DNA of 64,000 nt from NCBI RefSeq assembly GCF_009914755.1, contig NC_060925.1; one strand, 5' to 3'. Source of the stretch: the human T2T-CHM13v2.0 reference genome, Homo sapiens. Made by a program: the position numbers and the translations under genes. Below are positions 55,901 through 64,000 of this stretch, piece after piece. The notes beneath the pieces were generated by a model that saw only the letters and a list, made by a program, of their open reading frames with translations, was not told the origin of the DNA and searched no databases. Numbering within the stretch: the stretch's first letter is position 1; each line of letters opens with the position of its first letter.

Positions 55901-58900
55901 GCAATCATCGAATGGTCTCGAATGGAATCATCTTCTAATGGAAAGGAATGGAATCATCGCATAGAATCGAATGGAATTATCATCGAATGGAATCGAATGG
56001 TATCAACACCAAACGGAAAAAAACGGAATTATCGAATGGAATCGAAGAGAATCTTCGAACGGACCCGAATGGAATCATCTAATGGAATGGAATGGAATAA
56101 TCCATGGACTCGAATGCAATCATCATCGAATGGAATGGAATGGAATCATCGAATGGACTCGAATGGAATAATCATTGAACGGAATCGAATGGAATCATCA
56201 TCGGATGGAAACGAATGGAATCATCATCGAATGGAAATGAAAGGAGTCATCATCTAATGGAATTGCATGGAATCATCATAAAATGGAATCGAATGGAATC
56301 AACATCAAATGGAATCAAATGGAATCATTGAACGGAATTGAATGGAATCGTCATCGAATGAATTGACTGCAATCATCGAATGGTCTCGAATGGAATCATC
56401 TTCAAATGGAATGGAATGGAATCATCGCATAGAATCGAATGGAATTATCATCGAATGGAATCGAATGGAATCAACATCAAACGGAAAAAAACAGAATTAT
56501 CGTATGGAATCGAAGAGAATCATCGAATGGACCCGAATGGAATCATCTAATGGAATGGAATGGAATAATCCATGGACTCGAATGCAATCATCATCGAATG
56601 GAATCGAATGGAATCATCGAATGGACTCGAATGGAATAATCATTGAACGGAATCGAATGGAATCATCATCGGATGGAAATGAATGGAATCATCATCGAAT
56701 GGAATCGAATAGAATTATGGAATGAAATCCAGTGTGATCATCATCGAATGGACCCGAATGGAATCATCATCCAACGGAAGCTAATGGAATCAACATCGAA
56801 TGAATCGAATGGAAACACCATCGAATTGAAACGAATGGAATTATCATGAAATTGAAATGGATGGACTCATCATCGAATGGATTCGAATGGAATCATCGAA
56901 TAAAATTGATTGAAATCATCATCCAATGGAATCGAATGGTATCATTGAATGGAATCGAATGGAATCATCATCAGATGGAAATGAATGGAATCGTCATAGA
57001 ATGGAATCGAATGGATTCATTGAATGGAATCAGATGGAATCATCGAATGGACTGGAATGGAATCATTGAATGGACTCGAAAGGGATCATTATTGAATGGA
57101 ATTGAATGGAATCATCGAATGGTCTCGATTGGAATCATTATCAAATGGAATCGAATGGAATCACCGAATAGAATCGAATGGAACAATCATCGAATGGACT
57201 CAAATGGAATTATCCTCAAATGGAATCGAATGGAATTATCGAATGCAATCGAATGGAATTATCGAATGCAATCGAATAGAATCATCGAAAGGACTCGAAT
57301 GGAATCATCGAATGGAATGGAATGGAACAGTCAATGAACTCGAATGGAATCATCATTGAATGGAATCGAATGGAATCATCGAGTGGAATCGAATGGAATT
57401 ATGATCAAATGGAATCGAATGTAATCATCATCAAATGGAATCAAAAATAACCATCATCAATTGGTATTGAATGGAATTGTCATCAAATGGAATTCAAAGG
57501 AATCATCATCAAATGGAACCGAATGGAATCCTCATTGAATGGAAATGAAAGGGGTCATCATCTAACGGAATCGCATGGAATCATCATCAAATGGAATCTA
57601 ATGGAATCATTGAACAGAATTGAATGGAATCGTCATCGAATGAATTGAATGCAATCATCGAATGGTCTCGAATGGAATCATCTTCTAATGGAAAGGAATG
57701 GAATCATCGCATAGAATCGAATGGAATTATCATCGAATGGAATCGAATGGTATCAACACCAAACGGAAAAAAACGGAATTATCGAATGGAATCGAAGAGA
57801 ATCTTCGAACGGACCCGAATGGAATCATCTAATGGAATGGAATGGAATAATCCATGGACTCGAATGCAATCATCATCGAATGGAATGGAATGGAATCATC
57901 GAATGGACTCGAATGGAATAATCATTGAACGGAATCGAATGGAATCATCATCGGATGGAAACGAATGGAATCATCATCGAATGGAAATGAAAGGAGTCAT
58001 CATCTAATGGAATTGCATGGAATCATCATCAAATGGAATCGAATGGAATCAACATCAAATGGAATCAAATGGAATCATTGAACGGAATTGAATGGAATCG
58101 TCATCGAATGAATTGACTGCAATCATCGAATGGTCTCGAATGGAATCATCTTCAAATGGAATGGAATGGAATCATCGCATAGAATCGAATGGAATTATCA
58201 TCGAATGGAATCGAATGGAATCAACATCAAACGGAAAAAAACGGAATTATCGAATGGAATCGAAGAGAATCATCGAATGGACCCGAATGGAATCATCTAA
58301 TGGAATGGAATGGAATAATCCATGGACTCGAATGCAATCATCATCGAATGGAATCGAATGGAATCATCGAATGGACTCGAATGGAATAATCATTGAACGG
58401 AATCGAATGGAATCATCATCGGATGGAAATGAATGGAATCATCATCGAATGGAATCGAATAGAATTATGGAATGAAATCCAGTGTGATCATCATCGAATG
58501 GACCCGAATGGAATCATCATCCAACGGAAGCTAATGGAATCAACATCGAATGAATCGAATGGAAACACCATCGAATTGAAACGAATGGAATTATCATGAA
58601 ATTGAAATGGATGGACTCATCATCGAATGGATTCGAATGGAATCATCGAATAAAATTGATTGAAATCATCATCCAATGGAATCGAATGGTATCATTGAAT
58701 GGAATCGAATGGAATCATCATCAGATGGAAATGAATGGAATCGTCATAGAATGGAATCGAATGGATTCATTGAATGGAATCAGATGGAATCATCTAATGG
58801 ACTGGAATGGAATCATTGAATGGACTCGAAAGGGATCATGATTGAATGGAATTGAATGGAATCATCGAATGGTCTCGATTGGAATCATTATCAAATGGAA

Positions 58901-61900
58901 TCGAATGGAATCACCGAATAGAATCGAATGGAACAATCATCGAATGGACTCAAATGGAATTATCCTCAAATGGAATCGAATGGAATTATCGAATGCAATC
59001 GAATGGAATTATCGAATGCAATCGAATAGAATCATCGAAAGGACTCGAATGGAATCATCGAATGGAATGGAATGGAACAGTCAATGAACTCGAATGGAAT
59101 CATCATTGAATGGAATCGAATGGAATCATCGAGTGGAATCGAATGGAATTATGATCAAATGGAATCGAATGTAATCATCATCAAATGGAATCAAAAATAA
59201 CCATCATCAATTGGTATTGAATGGAATTGTCATCAAATGGAATTCAAAGGAATCATCATCAAATGGAACCGAATGGAATCCTCATTGAATGGAAATGAAA
59301 GGGGTCATCATCTAATGGAATCGCATGGAATCATCATCAAATGGAATCGAATGGAATCATCATCAAATGGAATCTAATGGAATCATTGAACAGAATTGAA
59401 TGGAATCGTCATCGAATGAATTGAATGCAATCATCGAATGGTCTCGAATGGAATCATCTTCTAATGGAAAGGAATGGAATCATCGCATAGAATCGAATGG
59501 AATTATCATCGAATGGAATCGAATGGTATCAACACCAAACGGAAAAAAACGGAATTATCGAATGGAATCGAAGAGAATCTTCGAACGGACCCGAATGGAA
59601 TCATCTAATGGAATGGAATGGAATAATCCATGGACTCGAATGCAATCATCATCGAATGGAATGGAATGGAATCATCGAATGGACTCGAATGGAATAATCA
59701 TTGAACGGAATCGAATGGAATCATCATCGGATGGAAACGAATGGAATCATCATCGAATGGAAATGAAAGGAGTCATCATCTAATGGAATTGCATGGAATC
59801 ATCATAAAATGGAATCGAATGGAATCAACATCAAATGGAATCAAATGGAATCATTGAACGGAATTGAATGGAATCGTCATCGAATGAATTGAATGCAATC
59901 ATCGAATGGTCTCGAATGGAATCATCTTCAAATGGAATGGAATGGAATCATCGCATAGAATCGAATGGAATTATCATCGAATGGAATCGAATGGAATCAA
60001 CATCAAACGGAAAAAAACGGAATTATCGAATGTAATCGAAGAGAATCATCGAATGGACCCGAATGGAATCATCTAATGGAATGGAATGGAATAATCCATG
60101 GACTCGAATGCAATCATCATCGAATGGAATCGAATGGAATCATCGAATGGACTCGAATGGAATAATCATTGAACGGAATCGAATGGAATCATCATCGGAT
60201 GGAAATGAATGGAATCATCATCGAATGGAATCGAATAGAATTATGGAATGAAATCCAGTGTGATCATCATCGAATGGACCCGAATGGAATCATCATCCAA
60301 CGGAAGCTAATGGAATCAACATCGAATGAATCGAATGGAAACACCATCGAATTGAAACGAATGGAATTATCATGAAATTGAAATGGATGGACTCATCATC
60401 GAATGGATTCGAATGGAATCATCGAATAAAATTGATTGAAATCATCATCCAATGGAATCGAATGGAATCATCATCAGATGGAAATGAATGGAATCGTCAT
60501 AGAATGGAATCGAATGGATTCATTGAATGGAATCAGATGGAATCATCGAATGGACTGGAATGGAATCATTGAATGGACTCGAAAGGGATCATGATTGAAT
60601 GGAATTGAATGGAATCATCGAATGGTCTCGATTGGAATCATTATCAAATGGAATCGAATGGAATCACCGAATAGAATCGAATGGAACAATCATCGAATGG
60701 ACTCAAATGGAATTATCCTCCAATGGAATCGAATGGAATTATCGAATGCAATCGAATGGAATTATCGAATGCAATCGAATAGAATCATCGAATGGACTCG
60801 AATGGAATCATCGAATGGAATGGAATGGAACAGTCAATGAACTCGAATGGAATCATCATTGAATGGAATCGAATGGAATCATCGAGTGGAATCGAATGGA
60901 ATTATGATCAAATGGAATCGAATGTAATCATCATCAAATGGAATCAAAAATAACCATCATCAATTGGTATTGAATGGAATTGTCATCAAATGGAATTCAA
61001 AGGAATCATCATCAAATGGAACCGAATGGAATCCTCATTGAATGGAAATGAAAGGGGTCATCATCTAATGGAATCGCATGGAATCATCATCAAATGGAAT
61101 CGAATGGAATCATCATCAAATGGAATCTAATGGAATCATTGAACAGAATTGAATGGAATCGTCATCGAATGAATTGAATGCAATCATCGAATGGTCTCGA
61201 ATGGAATCATCTTCTAATGGAAAGGAATGGAATCATCGCATAGAATCGAATGGAATTATCATCGAATGGAATCGAATGGTATCAACACCAAACGGAAAAA
61301 AACGGAATTATCGAATGGAATCGAAGAGAATCTTCGAACGGACCCGAATGGAATCATCTAATGGAATGGAATGGAATAATCCATGGACTCGAATGCAATC
61401 ATCATCGAATGGAATCGAATGGAATCATCGAATGGACTCGAATGGAATAATCATTGAACGGAATCGAATGGAATCATCATCGGATGGAAACGAATGGAAT
61501 CATCATCGAATGGAAATGAAAGGAGTCATCATCTAATGGAATTGCATGGAATCATCATAAAATGGAATCGAATGGAATCAACATCAAATGGAATCAAATG
61601 GAATCATTGAACGCAATTGAATGGAATCGTCATCGAATGAATTGTCTGCAATCATCGAATGGTCTCGAATGGAATCATCTTCAAATGGAATGGAATGGAA
61701 TCATCGCATAGAATCGAATGGAATTATCATCGAATGGAATCGAATGGAATCAACATCAAACGGAAAAAAACGGAATTATCGAATGGAATCGAAGAGAATC
61801 ATCGAATGGACCCGAATGGAATCATCTAATGGAATGGAATGGAATAATCCATGGACCTCGAATGCAATCATCATCGAATGGAATCGAATGGAATCATCGA

Positions 61901-64000
61901 ATGGACTCGAATGGAATAATCATTGAACGGAATCGAATGGAATCATCATCGGATGGAAATGAATGGAATCATCATCGAATGGAATCGAATAGAATTATGG
62001 AATGAAATCCAGTGTGATCATCATCGAATGGACCCGAATGGAATCATCATCCAACGGAAGCTAATGGAATCAACATCGAATGAATCGAATGGAAACACCA
62101 TCGAATTGAAACGAATGGAATTATCATGAAATTGAAATGGATGGACTCATCATCGAATGGATTCGAATGGAATCATCGAATAAAATTGATTGAAATCATC
62201 ATCGAATGGAATCGAATGGTATCATTGAATGGAATCGAATGGAATCATCATCAGATGGAAATGAATGGAATCGTCATAGAATGGAATCGAATGGATTCAT
62301 TGAATGGAATCAGATGGAATCATCGAATGGACTGGAATGGAATCATTGAATGGACTCGAAAGGGATCATGATTGAATGGAATTGAATGGAATCATTGAAT
62401 GGTCTCGATTGGAATCATTATCAAATGGAATGGAATGGAATCACCGAATAGAATCGAATGGAACAATCATCGAATGGACTCAAATGGAATTATCCTCAAA
62501 TGGAATCGAATGGAATTATCGAATGCAATCGAATGGAATTATCGAATGCAATCGAATAGAATCATCGAATGGACTCGAATGGAATCATCGAATGGAATGG
62601 AATGGAACAGTCAATGAACTCGAATGGAATCATCATTGAATGGAATCGAATGGAATCATCGAGTGGAATCGAATGGAATTATGATCAAATGGAATCGAAT
62701 GTAATCCTCATCAAATGGAATCAAAAATAACCATCATCAATTGGTATTGAATGGAATTGTCATCAACTGGAATTCAAAGGAATCATCATCAAATGGAACC
62801 GAATGGAATCCTCATTGAATGGAAATGAAAGGGGTCATCATCTAATGGAATCGCATGGAATCATCAAAAAATGGAATCGAATGGAATCATCATCAAATGG
62901 AATCTAATGGAATCATTGAACAGAATTGAATGGAATCGTCATCGAATGAATTGAATGCAATCATCGAATGGTCTCGAATGGAATCATCTTCTAATGGAAA
63001 GGAATGGAATCATCGCATAGAATCGAATGGAATTATCATCGAATGGAATCGAATGGTATCAACACCAAACGGAAAAAAACGGAATTATCGAATGGAATCG
63101 AAGAGAATCTTCGAACGGACCCGAATGGAATCATCTAATGGAATGGAATGGAATAATCCATGGACTCGAATGCAATCATCATCGAATGGAATGGAATGGA
63201 ATCATCGAATGGACTCGAATGGAATAATCATTGAACGGAATCGAATGGAATCATCATCGGATGGAAACGAATGGAATCATCATCGAATGGAAATGAAAGG
63301 AGTCATCATCTAATGGAATTGCATGGAATCATCATAAAATGGAATCGAATGGAATCAACATCAAATGGAATCAAATGGAATCATTGAACGCAATTGAATG
63401 GAATCGTCATCGAATGAATTGACTGCAATCATCGAATGGTCTCGAATGGAATCATCTTCTAATGGAAAGGAATGGAATCATCGCATAGAATCGAATGGAA
63501 TTATCATCGAATGGAATCGAATGGTATCAACACCAAACGGAAAAAAACGGAATTATCGAATGGAATCGAAGAGAATCTTCGAACGGACCCGAATGGAATC
63601 ATCTAATGGAATGGAATGGAATAATCCATGGACTCGAATGCAATCATCATCGAATGGAATGGAATGGAATCATCGAATGGACTCGAATGGAATAATCATT
63701 GAACGGAATCGAATGGAATCATCATCGGATGGAAACGAATGGAATCATCATCGAATGGAAATGAAAGGAGTCATCATCTAATGGAATTGCATGGAATCAT
63801 CATAAAATGGAATCGAATGGAATCAACATCAAATGGAATCAAATGGAATCATTGAACGGAATTGAATGGAATCGTCATCGAATGAATTGACTGCAATCAT
63901 CGAATGGTCTCGAATGGAATCATCTTCAAATGGAATGGAATGGAATCATCGCATAGAATCGAATGGAATTATCATCGAATGGAATCGAATGGAATCAACA
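37978..64000 (+). repeat. Monomeric 1,776-bp HSat2 domain (~14.5 units) with private indels and more unit-specific SNPs
   Basis: Spacings from 38138 are 1776,1776,1776,1753,1776,1776,1775,1776,1776,1776,1750,1776,1753,1777. No 713-, 10- or 4-bp deletion alleles are present. There are many singleton substitutions, especially at 39-51 kb. Confidence 0.88.
62800..64000 (+). repeat. Expanded macro-unit with three copies of the 468-bp sub-repeat (A, B/A chimera, B)
   Basis: Two 'MKGVII' ORFs lie only 468 bp apart (62930, 63398), and a third, B-type copy begins near 63866 (gactgc...cttcaaatggaatgg). Confidence 0.88.

Larger units (their letters stand above)
1..64000 (+). repeat. Human Satellite II (HSat2) tandem array, GGAAT strand; ~1.77-kb macro-unit, likely the chr1q12-type HSat2A (D1Z1/pUC1.77-like) pericentromeric heterochromatin
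   Basis: The sequence consists entirely of diverged gaatg/gaatc/catc motifs (e.g. catcatcgaatggaatcgaatggaat), with frequent TCGA and interspersed atc triplets. This is typical of HSat2 rather than pure (GGAAT)n HSat3. Landmarks (atccagtgtgatc, cggaagctaat, aaaggggtcatc, aaaataaccatc, GAATTC) recur with a basic period of 1,776 bp. One EcoRI site per unit (1174, 2233, 10386, 33371...) fits the known 1.77-kb EcoRI fragment. The chromosome assignment is inferred. Confidence 0.96.

Noticed and set aside
49381-61857. 1-bp indels: A7 to A6 at ~49382-49387 (1,775 unit) and an extra C at ~61857 (1,777 unit)
   Set aside because: These are singletons that shorten or create a homopolymer and cannot be distinguished from sequencing or consensus error without reads.
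123-63781. Several hundred short + strand ORFs (61-163 aa; MESSSNGIEWNHRM-type)
   Set aside because: They are low-complexity translations of the gaatg/gaatc repeat in overlapping frames. ATG is supplied by every gaatgg, and the ORFs are freely broken or fused by frameshifting indels and stops between copies. They have no recognisable domains. I used them only as positional markers.
1-64000. CRISPR-like array (23-26-bp repeats)
   Set aside because: There are no unique spacers, leader or cas genes. All intervening sequence is itself satellite and recurs every macro-unit.
1-64000. HSat3/DYZ1, alpha satellite or telomeric repeat
   Set aside because: Pure GGAAT runs are only about three copies long and the catcatcga pattern dominates. 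There is no 171-bp or ~3.5-kb period and no TTAGGG.
1-64000. Inversion, transposon (Alu/L1) insertion or unique-sequence island
   Set aside because: I saw no switch to the CATTC strand, and all inter-marker spacings are explained by the listed indels, leaving no room for foreign sequence.

Overview
The whole 64 kb is one uninterrupted, single-orientation array of human Satellite II (HSat2). It is shown on the purine-rich GGAAT/GAATC strand and is built from degenerate ~23/26-bp units such as (cat)catcgaatggaatcgaatggaat. These are organised into a 1,776-bp macro-unit with one EcoRI site per unit, which matches the classical 1.77-kb chromosome 1q12 satellite (HSat2A / D1Z1 / pUC1.77-type). That assignment comes from recognising the sequence, not from a search. 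I see no genes, RNA genes, transposon insertions, inversions or CRISPR arrays, and all listed ORFs are translation artefacts of the satellite. I did not find a novel coding system. The real structure is the repeat hierarchy. Spacings between the recurring 'MKGVII' marker ORFs give these unit lengths: 1059,1776,1766,1776,1059,1776,[1059,1766,1772]x5,1772,1772,1063,1776,1776,1776,1753,1776,1776,1775,1776,1776,1776,1750,1776,1753,1777, and then an extra 468-bp sub-repeat. This defines a partial 6,377-bp four-unit higher-order repeat (about 1-10.4 kb), five near-identical 4,597-bp three-unit higher-order repeats (about 10.4-33.4 kb), a transition zone (33.4-38 kb) and a more diverged monomeric 1,776-bp domain (38-64 kb). 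Recombination and gene-conversion footprints can be read directly in these domains.
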